A DNA stretch of 64,000 nt from Bacteroidota bacterium. GTDB taxonomy: Bacteria; Bacteroidota; Bacteroidia; Flavobacteriales_D; Crocinitomicaceae. The number at the start of each line of letters is the position of its first letter. Within the stretch, counting starts at the first letter, position 1. Under the pieces are notes generated by a model, which saw nothing but the letters and a program-made list of their open reading frames with translations, searched no databases and was not told the origin of the DNA. The position numbers and the translations under genes are program-made. Positions 32,431-41,852 of this stretch are shown here, piece by piece. The stretch is taken from contig JBJOJZ010000079.1 in assembly GCA_046046325.1 (NCBI GenBank), forward strand, positions 7,274 through 71,273, in the 5' to 3' direction.

Positions 32431-32811
32431 ATGGCAAAAAAGAAAATTGAACTAGAACATTCCGAAATGCTTAGTAAGTGCATTGTCGAAGGGATGCAGG
32501 AAAACAAAGCCAAGGACATCGTTGTTTTGGATTTAAGAAGTTTGGAAAGCAGGGTTTGTGACTTTTTTGTTATCTGTTCAGGAGAGTCCTCAACGCAGGT
32601 AGATGGTATAACCAATGCCATCACGCGTTATACCCGAAAAACGATTAAAGAAAAGCCTTGGCATATTGAGGGACAAAGAAACAGTGAATGGGTGCTTTTA
32701 GATTATATTGATGTAGTAGCTCATGTTTTTTACAAAGATGCAAGGAGTTTTTATGAGATTGAAGAACTTTGGGCAGATGCGGTACGAACCGATATTCCCG
32801 AATTAAATTAA
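32431..32811 (+). CDS. rsfS: ribosome silencing factor
   Basis: RsfS/Iojap blocks (KAKDIVVLDL, DFFVICSG.S..QV, WVLLDYIDVVAHVF). Confidence 0.88.
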   Translation: MAKKKIELEHSEMLSKCIVEGMQENKAKDIVVLDLRSLESRVCDFFVICSGESSTQVDGITNAITRYTRKTIKEKPWHIEGQRNSEWVLLDYIDVVAHVFYKDARSFYEIEELWADAVRTDIPELN

Positions 32812-32819
32812 AAGAAGTT

Positions 32820-34874
32820 ATGTCAGACAACAAAAAGAAAGGAGGTTTTTCCGTATACTGGATTTATGCCTTAGCAGGAGTAGCATTTATCGCCATACAG
32901 CTTTTCTATGGAACCGAATCCAAAATAACCATAGACCGAAAACAAACGCTGTTCGATTTAGTGGATTCATCGGGTGTAGCTAAAATTACCATTATCAACA
33001 ATAACCGCGCTGATTTCCAATTGAATGCAGAGGGCGTATCCATGGTAAAAACGATAAAAGGAGGGGAGTTTCCAAAAATTTGGAACCAACTCAAAAAGCT
33101 CAATTCCTTAGAAAAACAAAAGAAACAAGTGATCGTACTTGAGAATATTGGGGACCTAGGTAACTTTGAAAACAGCATTGAAAAAGAACGGAATTTCCCT
33201 TGCGATCGAGACACTGATACGGATTATTTAGGGACAATACTTGCCTACTTGTTGCCGTTTGGTATTATCTTTTTGATTTGGTTCTTTGTAATGCGACGAA
33301 TGACTGGCGGAGGCGGCGGAGGCGGCGGAGGCCAAATTTTCAACATTGGTAAATCGAAGGCTCAGTTGTATGAAAAAGGCAAATCAACGAATGTTACCTT
33401 CAAGGACGTTGCTGGTCTCGAAGGTGCCAAAGAAGAAATAGTGGAAATTGTGGAGTTCCTCAAAAATCCTAAAAAATATACGGACATTGGTGCTAAAATT
33501 CCGAAAGGAGCCTTATTGGTAGGGCCTCCAGGGACTGGAAAAACCTTATTGGCCAAGGCAGTTGCTGGTGAAGCAAAAGTGCCTTTCTTTTCCTTATCTG
33601 GGTCAGATTTCGTAGAGATGTTTGTTGGTGTAGGGGCTTCCAGAGTTCGTGATTTGTTCCGACAAGCAAAGGAAAAATCACCTTCCATAATTTTCATTGA
33701 TGAAATTGACGCCATTGGTAGAGCCAGGGGGAAAAACAATGGTTTCAACTCCAACGACGAACGCGAAAACACGCTGAACCAATTACTTACGGAAATGGAT
33801 GGGTTTGGAACGAACAGCGGTGTAATCATTCTTGCAGCGACCAACAGAGCCGATGTATTGGACAGTGCTTTGTTGCGTGCTGGAAGGTTTGATCGTCAAA
33901 TCTATGTGGATATGCCAGACGTGAATGAGCGAAAAGAAATATTTCAAGTTCACCTTAAGCCGCTTAAGCTGGAAAACGACGTAGATATTGAATTTCTATC
34001 GAAACAAACTCCCGGTTTCAGCGGTGCCGACATTGCTAACCTGTGCAACGAGGCGGCGTTAACTGCGGCAAGAAAAGATAAGAAAAAGGTAGGTAAACAG
34101 GATTTCTTGGATGCCGTTGACCGAATTGTGGGGGGACTCGAAAAGAAAAATAAAATCATCACGAAAGAAGAAAAGAAAACCATCGCATTTCATGAAGCAG
34201 GACATGCTACCATCTCATGGTTGTTAGAATTTGCCTCTCCCTTGGTAAAAGTTACCATTGTACCGAGAGGGCAATCTCTAGGAGCTGCTTGGTATTTACC
34301 GGAAGAAAGAAGCATCACAACAACGGAGCAGCTCTTAGATCAAATGTGCTCTGCGCTTGGAGGGCGTGCCGCAGAAGAATTAATGTTTGGAAAAATAAGC
34401 ACAGGAGCATTGAGCGACTTGGAAAAAGTGACAAAGCAAGCCTATGCCATGGTTTCGATTTATGGACTTAATAAACGGATAGGAAATATTTCGTACTACG
34501 ATTCTCAGGGAAGGGATATGTTTACCAAACCCTATTCCGATGATACCGCGAAAATGATTGATGAAGAGGTTTCATTGTTGATTGAATCTCAGTATCAAAG
34601 AGCGTTAAGTATATTGACGGAGCATCGGGAGAAATTGGTTGAGCTAGCTGATAAACTGCTCACAGATGAGGTAATATTCAAAGAAAACCTTGAGACGATA
34701 TTTGGCAAGCGGCCTTGGGAACCTGCAGAAATTTCTTTACCCGACTCCCCCGAAAAGATTGACGAATCAGAAAACGGTGCTTCTACCAATGAAGTCGCGC
34801 CAGATTCCACGATCGGTTTAGAAGATTCATCGGAGGATTTTCCGGATCAAAAACACACTGAAGATCCTCAGTGA
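32820..34874 (+). CDS. ftsH: ATP-dependent zinc metalloprotease FtsH
   Basis: Walker A GPPGTGKTLLAKAVAGEA, IIFIDEIDA, SRH (TNRADVLDSALLRAGRFD) and HEAGHA zinc site. The ATG at 32820 (MSDNKKKGG) is preferred over the track start, which overlaps rsfS. Confidence 0.95.
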   Translation: MSDNKKKGGFSVYWIYALAGVAFIAIQLFYGTESKITIDRKQTLFDLVDSSGVAKITIINNNRADFQLNAEGVSMVKTIKGGEFPKIWNQLKKLNSLEKQKKQVIVLENIGDLGNFENSIEKERNFPCDRDTDTDYLGTILAYLLPFGIIFLIWFFVMRRMTGGGGGGGGGQIFNIGKSKAQLYEKGKSTNVTFKDVAGLEGAKEEIVEIVEFLKNPKKYTDIGAKIPKGALLVGPPGTGKTLLAKAVAGEAKVPFFSLSGSDFVEMFVGVGASRVRDLFRQAKEKSPSIIFIDEIDAIGRARGKNNGFNSNDERENTLNQLLTEMDGFGTNSGVIILAATNRADVLDSALLRAGRFDRQIYVDMPDVNERKEIFQVHLKPLKLENDVDIEFLSKQTPGFSGADIANLCNEAALTAARKDKKKVGKQDFLDAVDRIVGGLEKKNKIITKEEKKTIAFHEAGHATISWLLEFASPLVKVTIVPRGQSLGAAWYLPEERSITTTEQLLDQMCSALGGRAAEELMFGKISTGALSDLEKVTKQAYAMVSIYGLNKRIGNISYYDSQGRDMFTKPYSDDTAKMIDEEVSLLIESQYQRALSILTEHREKLVELADKLLTDEVIFKENLETIFGKRPWEPAEISLPDSPEKIDESENGASTNEVAPDSTIGLEDSSEDFPDQKHTEDPQ

Positions 34875-35704
34875 TGAAGAAGTTGCGCATGAGCAATTTG
34901 CAGCAGCGTGTACTAACAGGACTTGTACTTGGCATATTGATCCTCGGATCGATTTGGCTTGGACCTTTATATCAAGGTATAGCTTTTAGCTCATTCATGC
35001 TATTGGGTTTATGGGAATTCTACACCTTGTGTGAAGGCATTTCAGTGGTTCGGATTTCCAAAGAAATGGGAGTCTTCATTGGATTGTTCATTTATGTTCT
35101 TTTAATTGGAATGAGCATGCGAATTTTACCAGTAATTTCAATCACGCTTATTTCACCGCTATTCTTCAGCCTAATATTGATCGAACTATGGAAAAAACAC
35201 GGTTCTCCACTGCTCAACATCGCGTTGCTACTCATGGGTATCATTTACGTTACTATTCCTTTTTATTTGTGCATTGACCTGAACTTAAGAAATACGGAAT
35301 ACCTATCGTCTGTTTCTGTCATGTTTATATTGATATGGACCAATGATTCCATGGCATATTTTACGGGAAAATACTTTGGAAAAAGACCGTTATTTGAAAG
35401 GATATCTCCCAAGAAAACGTGGGAAGGAACGATTGGAGGCATTTTGTTTACCCTAATCGCTGGGTTAATCATTGGAACGTATGTCAACAGAGGCAGGGTT
35501 GATTTTTGGTTGGTGTCGGCAGTACTCATTAGCCTCGGAGCTATTTTCGGAGATTTGCTAGAATCCCTATTTAAACGAAGTTTAAACGTCAAAGACAGCG
35601 GCTCCATCCTTCCTGGTCATGGTGGGATTCTCGACCGATTTGACGCAGCGCTATTCAGTATACCATTTTTTTATTGTTGGTATATGCTATACTTTTATTG
35701 GTAG
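34874..35704 (+). CDS. cdsA: phosphatidate cytidylyltransferase
   Basis: C-terminal signature SLFKRSLNVKDSGSILPGHGGILDRFD. Multi-TM. The ATG at 34874 forms a TGATG overlap with the ftsH stop. Confidence 0.9.
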   Translation: MKKLRMSNLQQRVLTGLVLGILILGSIWLGPLYQGIAFSSFMLLGLWEFYTLCEGISVVRISKEMGVFIGLFIYVLLIGMSMRILPVISITLISPLFFSLILIELWKKHGSPLLNIALLLMGIIYVTIPFYLCIDLNLRNTEYLSSVSVMFILIWTNDSMAYFTGKYFGKRPLFERISPKKTWEGTIGGILFTLIAGLIIGTYVNRGRVDFWLVSAVLISLGAIFGDLLESLFKRSLNVKDSGSILPGHGGILDRFDAALFSIPFFYCWYMLYFYW

Positions 35705-35707
35705 AAT

Positions 35708-36358
35708 ATGAAATTGCATCGGGAAGGATATGGCATAATAGGGATCAGCTTTACCTTTTTCATAGGTTTGAGTATCTTGTGTTTTTGGTTTTTGAATGAA
35801 ATATTTTTCTTTGGTATCACAAGTTCACTTTTAATACTGTTTGCTTTAATACTGCAGTTTTTTAGGGTTCCGCATCGACACATCACTGCCGAATCTCAAC
35901 AGGTTATTGCTCCTGCTGACGGTAAGATTGTAGTTATAGAAGAGGTTTTTGAACCTGAATTTCTAAAGGAAAAGTGTCGGCAAATATCGATTTTTATGTC
36001 CCCTTTGAACGTTCATGCCAATTACTTTCCCATCGACGGAAAAGTCATTTATACCCAATACCATCCAGGTAAGTATTTAGTTGCATGGCATCCCAAGAGT
36101 TCTACCGAAAACGAACGAAGTACTACGGTGGTTGAAACAGAAGAAGGGAAAAAAGTATTGGTAAGGCAAATTGCAGGTGCAATGGCACGTAGAATTTGTT
36201 TTTACGCGAAAACGGGGATGAAATCAACCCGAGGGGAAGAATTAGGGTTTATTAAATTTGGATCGAGGGTCGACGTTTTCTTACCCCTCGACGCAAAAAT
36301 ACAGGTTGCTTTGGGACAAGATGTTAAAAATCGTAAAGACGTTCTTGCTACCTTGTAA
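35708..36358 (+). CDS. psd: phosphatidylserine decarboxylase proenzyme (short type)
   Basis: Short membrane-anchored Psd with a C-terminal self-cleavage-site-like FGSRVD. Follows cdsA. Confidence 0.85.
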   Translation: MKLHREGYGIIGISFTFFIGLSILCFWFLNEIFFFGITSSLLILFALILQFFRVPHRHITAESQQVIAPADGKIVVIEEVFEPEFLKEKCRQISIFMSPLNVHANYFPIDGKVIYTQYHPGKYLVAWHPKSSTENERSTTVVETEEGKKVLVRQIAGAMARRICFYAKTGMKSTRGEELGFIKFGSRVDVFLPLDAKIQVALGQDVKNRKDVLATL

Positions 36359-36387
36359 TTTTTTGTACTTTTAGAAAAATTATCCTT

Positions 36388-36597
36388 ATGAAAAAATTAG
36401 TTCTAACATTTGCTTTATTGGCCTTCACCGGAGGTATGGCATCAAGAGTTTACGCGGCTGAGTCTGGAATCAAGATGGAAGTTCGCGATGACGAAAAGAA
36501 GAAAAAGAAGAAGAAAAAAGGATGTTGCTCTTCAACTGAACAAAAGAAATGTTGTTCTAGCGGAGCGCAAAAATCCTGCAGCGGGGATAAACATTAA
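36388..36597 (+). CDS. small secreted Lys-run / Cys-Ser-rich peptide (unknown function)
   Basis: Sec signal ending VYA|AE. Mature ~45 aa: ...DDE-K8-GCCSSTEQKKCCSSGAQKSCSGDKH. Followed directly by a strong terminator. Confidence 0.65.
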   Translation: MKKLVLTFALLAFTGGMASRVYAAESGIKMEVRDDEKKKKKKKKGCCSSTEQKKCCSSGAQKSCSGDKH

Positions 36598-36600
36598 ATT

Positions 36601-36626
36601 AAAAAGGGGCCTCGGCCCCTTTTTTT
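36601..36626. terminator. bidirectional intrinsic terminator
   Basis: AAAAA, stem GGGGC, loop CTCG, stem GCCCC, TTTTTTT. Lies between the convergent small-peptide gene and the 87-aa gene. Confidence 0.85.
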
Positions 36627-36627
36627 C

Positions 36628-36891
36628 TTATTGTTCGCTTAAAGCGTTTAACTTTTCCGAGAACCCCTCTGACCTATCGTTGAAATCATTCCAAACCGCG
36701 TTGAAATCGGCTTTATTTTTTCCATGATTTATCCTCGAAATTAGATCATTGTAACTGTTTACCACTTCTTCAATCAATTGTTCGGCCTCTTGGGCTTTTT
36801 CTTCTTGGGTTTCCTGAAGGTATAAGCATTCATCGATCACATCAAACACCATAGCGTTAATGTGTTTTTTTAAGGTTCTTTTATTGGCCAT
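36628..36891 (-). CDS. hypothetical small helical protein (87 aa)
   Basis: ORF with a perfect -7 box 17 nt upstream and a terminator downstream. No motif recognised. Confidence 0.6.
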   Translation of the reverse strand: MANKRTLKKHINAMVFDVIDECLYLQETQEEKAQEAEQLIEEVVNSYNDLISRINHGKNKADFNAVWNDFNDRSEGFSEKLNALSEQ

Positions 36892-36908
36892 TTTTCAGTT
36901 TGTTTAAA

Positions 36909-36916
36909 CAAAGATA
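36909..36916 (-). promoter_or_regulatory. candidate -7 box for the 87-aa gene
   Basis: TATCTTTG on the minus strand. 17 nt to the ATG. Confidence 0.45.
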
Positions 36917-36952
36917 CCAAAAATAAAAAGGACCTGTCTCTCCTATAATCCG

Positions 36953-36960
36953 TAAATTTG
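36953..36960 (+). promoter_or_regulatory. candidate -7 box for rlmI
   Basis: TAAATTTG. 4 nt to the ATG at 36965. Confidence 0.4.
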
Positions 36961-36964
36961 ACCC

Positions 36965-38134
36965 ATGCACCCTGAAATTCACCTTAAAAAAGGCAAAGAG
37001 GCATCCTTGTTTCGGAGGCATCCATGGGTATTTTCGGGAGCCATAGCGACGGATTTTAGCCTAATTACCGACGGAGCATGCGTACGGGTAATGTCCTCTA
37101 CCGGAAAGTATTTAGGAACCGGACATTTTCAGCACGGAAGTATCGCTGTTAGAATTTTAACCTTTGAAGAAGAGTTCATTGATCAAGGATTTTGGGATAA
37201 GCGGGTGCAAAGAATGGTCAATCTAAGAGAAACACTTGGATTACTTACCCCTGAAGGAATATGCCGTCTATGCCACGGCGAAGGTGATGAACTTCCAGGA
37301 TTAATCTTGGATTATTATAACGGTGTTGTCGTGTTGCAATGCCATTCGGTGGGCATGTTAAACCATCTGACGGAAATTACACATGCGCTTAAAAAATCCT
37401 TGGGAAAAAAGTTTAAAGCGCTTTATCATAAATCATCCGATACCTTGCCAAAGCGCCAAGAAATCCGTGACGAATACCTCTATGGCACCTGCCCGACACC
37501 ACATGTTGCCACAGAGGATGGTATAAAGTATGCCATTGATTGGGAAACTGGTCAAAAAACGGGTTTTTTCATCGATCAACGCGATAATCGGTCCTTGCTG
37601 GGCAGAATGTCACAAGGAAAAACAGTCTTAAATGCATTTTGTTACTCTGGAGGGTTCAGCCTTCAAGCTTTAAAGAACGATGCGAAATTAGTGTATTCTT
37701 TGGATTCATCTCCAAGAGCCATCGCATTGACCCAACGAAACCTTGAGCTGAATGAAATCAAGGACCGCCACGTGTCAGTTGTAGCCGATGCCATGGAATT
37801 TCTCAAAGAGCTCCCGGAGCCGTTTGATATCATTGTTTTAGATCCTCCTGCTTTTGCAAAACACTTGGATAAGAAGCATAAAGCGGTTCAGGGATACAAA
37901 CGCCTGAATGCTCATGCATTACGACAAATCAAACCAGGTGGCATTTTATTTACATTTTCTTGTTCTCAAGTCATCGACAAGGATCTTTTCCAACATACGA
38001 TCGTGGCTGCATCGATTGAATCCGGCAGAAAAGTGAAAATTTTACATCAGTTGCATCAACCTGCTGATCACCCCATTGGCGCTTTTCATCCGGAAGGAGA
38101 ATACCTAAAAGGACTGGTATTGTATGTTGAATGA
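36965..38134 (+). CDS. rlmI: class I SAM-dependent rRNA methyltransferase (RlmI-like, PUA + MTase)
   Basis: N-terminal PUA-like region (HPWVFSGAI), SAM fold (VLNAFCYSGGFSL) and catalytic-region LDPPAFAK. Length 389 aa. Confidence 0.8.
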   Translation: MHPEIHLKKGKEASLFRRHPWVFSGAIATDFSLITDGACVRVMSSTGKYLGTGHFQHGSIAVRILTFEEEFIDQGFWDKRVQRMVNLRETLGLLTPEGICRLCHGEGDELPGLILDYYNGVVVLQCHSVGMLNHLTEITHALKKSLGKKFKALYHKSSDTLPKRQEIRDEYLYGTCPTPHVATEDGIKYAIDWETGQKTGFFIDQRDNRSLLGRMSQGKTVLNAFCYSGGFSLQALKNDAKLVYSLDSSPRAIALTQRNLELNEIKDRHVSVVADAMEFLKELPEPFDIIVLDPPAFAKHLDKKHKAVQGYKRLNAHALRQIKPGGILFTFSCSQVIDKDLFQHTIVAASIESGRKVKILHQLHQPADHPIGAFHPEGEYLKGLVLYVE

Positions 38135-39464
38135 AATTCTACCGCTCAAATACAAGAGCATCCTTTCCGTAGCATTACCCATGATGGTTTCGGGCTTTAT
38201 CCAGTCCGTGGTATTAATTACGGATAGTGCTTTCATTAGCCGATATTCTGTGGAAGGATTCGACGCGGTTGGCAACGCAGGATTGGCCTATATAACTTTT
38301 TTTATGATGTTAATGGGAATGTCCGACGGGGCTCAAATCATTATGGCCAGGAGGATTGGTGAAAACAGGCTTGGGGCGGTAGGACGGCAAGTCTCCGCAG
38401 CAGGATTGGTTCTCGTTACCCTTGCCATCGTATTTTTCCTTATACTCGAAACACTTATTCCGAAACTGATTGAAACAACATCGCTCAACCATGAGGTTGC
38501 AAGGCTACAGGGGATCTATTTAAATTACCGTTCTTTTGGCTTGTTTTTCTCGATGATTACCCTGGTATTGCAAGCATTTTACCTTGCCCAAGGCCGAACA
38601 GGGTTAGTACTTACTGCTGCTTTAATCACTGCCGGAGGGAATATCCTTTTGGATTATTTATTCATTTTCGGCATTGGATTTTTTCCTGAACTTGGTGTTG
38701 CTGGTGCAGCTTTGGCATCCGCACTTTCCGATGGTTTAGGAATGCTTTTTTTGCTTGCGGTCACCCTAACCTCGAAAAGAAATAAAGCCTTCGAATTATT
38801 TAAAGGATTAAAAAACATCGGTATTGAAATCAAAGAGTTGTTAAAGGTCGGTACCCCTCTTCTGCTTCAAGGATTTTCGGCGCTTTTTACATGGACCTTA
38901 TTTTTCACTTGGATCGAACAGATGGGGCAGTATGAATTAACGGTTTCACAAAATATTCGATCCTTGTATTTTCTTGCATTTGTTCCAATATGGGGATTTG
39001 CGAGTACTACTAAAACGTATATTTCTCAATATATTGGAGCCGGTAGACAAGTGGAACTTCCGATCATTCAGAGAAGAATACAACGGCTAACCCTTCTTTT
39101 TTTAATCGTTTTTTTTCATGGTGCATTGCTGTATCCAGAAACCTTAATTTCGCTCATCAATCCTCATCAAGAGTACTTAGCAGAGAGCAGTGCTATTCTT
39201 CGTTTAATCATTGGTTCTATCTTGATATTCGGATTAGTTTCGGTGTATTTCCAAACCATTCATGGCAGCGGGAATACGGTGGCTTCTATGACCATTGAAA
39301 TGATATCCGTGGCTGTTTACATGCTATTTGTCTATTTATTTATCAAGGTTTTTAAGTTCGAAATTTATCATGTCTGGACGGTTGAGTACATTTATTTTGG
39401 AACCATGGGACTGCTTTCCATTGGGTACTTGCGTTTTTATAATTGGAATCAAAAAACTATTTAA
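38124..39464 (+). CDS. MATE-family efflux transporter
   Basis: About 12 TM segments, 446 aa, internal two-fold repeat typical of MATE. The ATG overlaps the rlmI end by 11 nt. Confidence 0.7.
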   Translation: MLNEILPLKYKSILSVALPMMVSGFIQSVVLITDSAFISRYSVEGFDAVGNAGLAYITFFMMLMGMSDGAQIIMARRIGENRLGAVGRQVSAAGLVLVTLAIVFFLILETLIPKLIETTSLNHEVARLQGIYLNYRSFGLFFSMITLVLQAFYLAQGRTGLVLTAALITAGGNILLDYLFIFGIGFFPELGVAGAALASALSDGLGMLFLLAVTLTSKRNKAFELFKGLKNIGIEIKELLKVGTPLLLQGFSALFTWTLFFTWIEQMGQYELTVSQNIRSLYFLAFVPIWGFASTTKTYISQYIGAGRQVELPIIQRRIQRLTLLFLIVFFHGALLYPETLISLINPHQEYLAESSAILRLIIGSILIFGLVSVYFQTIHGSGNTVASMTIEMISVAVYMLFVYLFIKVFKFEIYHVWTVEYIYFGTMGLLSIGYLRFYNWNQKTI

Positions 39465-40414
39465 TGGGATTAAAACTTGTATTTATGGGGACCCCCTTGT
39501 TTGCAAAACATATGCTTCATGGATTATATCAATCCAAGCACGATGTTTTAGCCGTGATTACGGTGGAAGACAAACCTGCAGGTCGCGGTCAAAAAATTCA
39601 GGAAAGCGAAGTTAAACGGCTCGCCCTAGAGCATGGAACACCGATACTTCAACCGCATTCTCTAAAAGACCCCCATTTTATTGAAGAACTCGCATCCTTT
39701 CAGGCAGATCTTTTTGTGGTGGTGGCTTTTCGAATGCTTCCGGAAATCGTTTGGAAAATGCCCCCGAGAGGAACGATTAACCTTCATGCCTCATTACTTC
39801 CCAATTACCGCGGCGCTGCACCCATTCATTGGGCGGTGATTAATGGCGAAAGGAAAACCGGATTAACCACTTTTTTCATCAATGAAAAAATCGATAGTGG
39901 ATCCATCCTAATGCAAAAAGAACTTACGGTTGAAAGCCATTGGACTACGGGAATCCTTCATGACGAAATGCTCGATCCGGGATGTCAACTGATTCTCGAA
40001 ACCTTGGATGCCATTGAACTCGGAACGGTTGTAGGTCAGCCGCAACTTACCCAAGCATCAATCAAGGAAGCACCCAAGCTGACAAAGGAAAACACCCTCG
40101 TTGATTTTTCGCAATCCGGAGAAGAAATTGAACGCATGATTCGTGGTCTTAACCCCTACCCTACCGCCTATTGTTTTTTAATGGACATTAAACATCAACA
40201 AACCTTACTCTGTAAGATTTTCGAAGGTACATTCGTTGAAGGCAAATCAGATCTTTCGGCGCCATTATTCGGAACCAGAGAAGGGATCAATTTTCCATGC
40301 AAGAATGGCCATTTATCCGTAAAAAAATTGCAGCTAGAGGGTAAAAAAGCTTTAGATTTTAAAGCGTTTCTTGCGGGAAATGACGCTAGCAACTACCGTT
40401 TGGTTCAAAAATAA
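39464..40414 (+). CDS. fmt: methionyl-tRNA formyltransferase
   Basis: LVFMGTPLFA and HASLLPNYRGAAPIHWAVINGE. The ATG at 39464 forms a TAATG overlap with the MATE stop. Confidence 0.9.
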   Translation: MGLKLVFMGTPLFAKHMLHGLYQSKHDVLAVITVEDKPAGRGQKIQESEVKRLALEHGTPILQPHSLKDPHFIEELASFQADLFVVVAFRMLPEIVWKMPPRGTINLHASLLPNYRGAAPIHWAVINGERKTGLTTFFINEKIDSGSILMQKELTVESHWTTGILHDEMLDPGCQLILETLDAIELGTVVGQPQLTQASIKEAPKLTKENTLVDFSQSGEEIERMIRGLNPYPTAYCFLMDIKHQQTLLCKIFEGTFVEGKSDLSAPLFGTREGINFPCKNGHLSVKKLQLEGKKALDFKAFLAGNDASNYRLVQK

Positions 40415-40461
40415 TTAGTTTCGGTATACAACTTTGCGATAAAATAGTATTTTTACGAGGT

Positions 40462-40815
40462 ATGGCGGACTTTAAATCAAATCGCAAAGAGCTCGACGAG
40501 GAACTGGAGAAGTTCATGCGTTTGTTAGAAGAATTACTTCCTCACTACCATCAATTGTTAAAAAAAACGGAATTATCACATGATGAATTAACCCGATTAG
40601 GTGAGATTGAACACTATTTAATTGGGGTCAATGCCAAAATTTTGGAAATAAAAAAACGACTTGAACAAGATTTGTTTGGACAATCGTTGCACACCTATTA
40701 CAAAACGAAACAAGACGCTCTTTCGGGGGATCCGCAAGCAAAGTTGAAACTCGAGCGCATGCGTGACGCATTTGCGGAGGCCTTGAAAACGGGCGAAATC
40801 ATGAGCTTTAATTAA
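40462..40815 (+). CDS. hypothetical coiled-coil protein (117 aa)
   Basis: ORF only. Heptad-rich sequence with no recognised motif. Confidence 0.5.
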   Translation: MADFKSNRKELDEELEKFMRLLEELLPHYHQLLKKTELSHDELTRLGEIEHYLIGVNAKILEIKKRLEQDLFGQSLHTYYKTKQDALSGDPQAKLKLERMRDAFAEALKTGEIMSFN

Positions 40816-40830
40816 ATCGCTCATAAATGC

Positions 40831-40838
40831 TACCTTTG
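40831..40838 (+). promoter_or_regulatory. candidate -7 box for gpsA
   Basis: TACCTTTG. 5 nt to the TTG start at 40844. Confidence 0.35.
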
Positions 40839-40843
40839 GGTGC

Positions 40844-41848
40844 TTGAAAGGGAACATAACATATCGTTTCGGGGTACTTGGAAGCGGAAGCTGGGCAACC
40901 GCCTTGGTTAAAATCCTTTCGGAGAACCTTGAACAAGTAAATTGGTATGTTCGAAATCCCGATAGCCTACATCACCTTGAGAAATTTGGGCATAATCCAA
41001 AGTATTTACAATCGGCATCCTTCCCAAAAGAGAAATTAAGATTACACGGTGACCTCATACCATTCATTCAGGAGTCTGATATCCTTATTGCAGCCGTTCC
41101 AGCGGCATTCCTCCACGAAACCATTGGATCAATTGACCCTCAGTGCTTTAATGGCAAATGCGTCATCTCCGCCATCAAAGGTATTGTACCCGAATTTCAT
41201 GCTATTCCGGCAAGGTATTTCCACAAGACGTTTCAGATACCCTATGAGCAGTTAGGTATCGTTTGCGGTCCTTGCCATGCGGAAGAAATTGCCTTAGAAC
41301 GCTTGTCTTATTTAACCGTTGGTAGCCAAAGTGCGACACTAACCAAACATGTAGCTCGCGCTTTGAGGTGCCGCTATGTAGAGGTAAGTGAAAACGACGA
41401 TTTATTCGGCGCCGAATTATCAGCCATTTTAAAAAACGTATATGCAATAGCTTCAGGAATGTATGCCGGACTTGGATACGGAGATAATTTTCAGGCGGTA
41501 CTGGTTTCCAATGCGCTTCAAGAAATGAAAAGGTTCATTGACGTGGTTCATCCCATTCATCGAGATGTGAACTCAAGCGCCTATATGGGTGATTTATTGG
41601 TGACTGCCTATTCCAAGTTTTCCCGGAACAGAACGTTTGGCTTCATGTTAGGTCAAGGCTATACCCTTCAGTCGGCAAAACTGGAGCTCACCATGATTGC
41701 GGAGGGGTATTATGCCGCGCGAAGTTTAATGGAAATCAATCAAAAATTCCAGGTAGAAATGCCCATTTTGTCGGCAGTTTATGCGGTGCTATATCAAGGA
41801 GCGAACTGCCAACAGAAGATGAAAGAACTAACCAGTAAATTATCGTAA
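40844..41848 (+). CDS. gpsA: NAD(P)H-dependent glycerol-3-phosphate dehydrogenase
   Basis: Rossmann GVLGSGSWATAL; GPCHAEE; EGYYA block. TTG start at 40844, with no in-frame ATG before the GxGxxG motif. Confidence 0.85.
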   Translation: MKGNITYRFGVLGSGSWATALVKILSENLEQVNWYVRNPDSLHHLEKFGHNPKYLQSASFPKEKLRLHGDLIPFIQESDILIAAVPAAFLHETIGSIDPQCFNGKCVISAIKGIVPEFHAIPARYFHKTFQIPYEQLGIVCGPCHAEEIALERLSYLTVGSQSATLTKHVARALRCRYVEVSENDDLFGAELSAILKNVYAIASGMYAGLGYGDNFQAVLVSNALQEMKRFIDVVHPIHRDVNSSAYMGDLLVTAYSKFSRNRTFGFMLGQGYTLQSAKLELTMIAEGYYAARSLMEINQKFQVEMPILSAVYAVLYQGANCQQKMKELTSKLS

Positions 41849-41852
41849 CCGA

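Noticed and set aside
33306-33332. GGC/GGA trinucleotide repeat (nine consecutive Gly codons), a possible contingency or slippage locus.
   Set aside because: It encodes the flexible poly-Gly linker after TM2 of FtsH. The repeat is in triplets, so length changes keep the frame. There is no sign of phase variation.
36388-36597. Cys/Ser-rich small ORF as a RiPP (lanthipeptide- or ranthipeptide-like) precursor.
   Set aside because: It has a classical Sec signal peptide rather than a leader. There is no radical-SAM enzyme, dehydratase, cyclase, protease or ABC exporter within many kb.
36410-36727. 105-aa ORF overlapping the small Cys-rich peptide gene, the bidirectional terminator and the 3' end of the 87-aa gene.
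   Set aside because: It reads straight through a strong GC hairpin and T-run, and through the convergent gene. I mention it only as the +1 frame available to slippage on the A-rich lysine tract.
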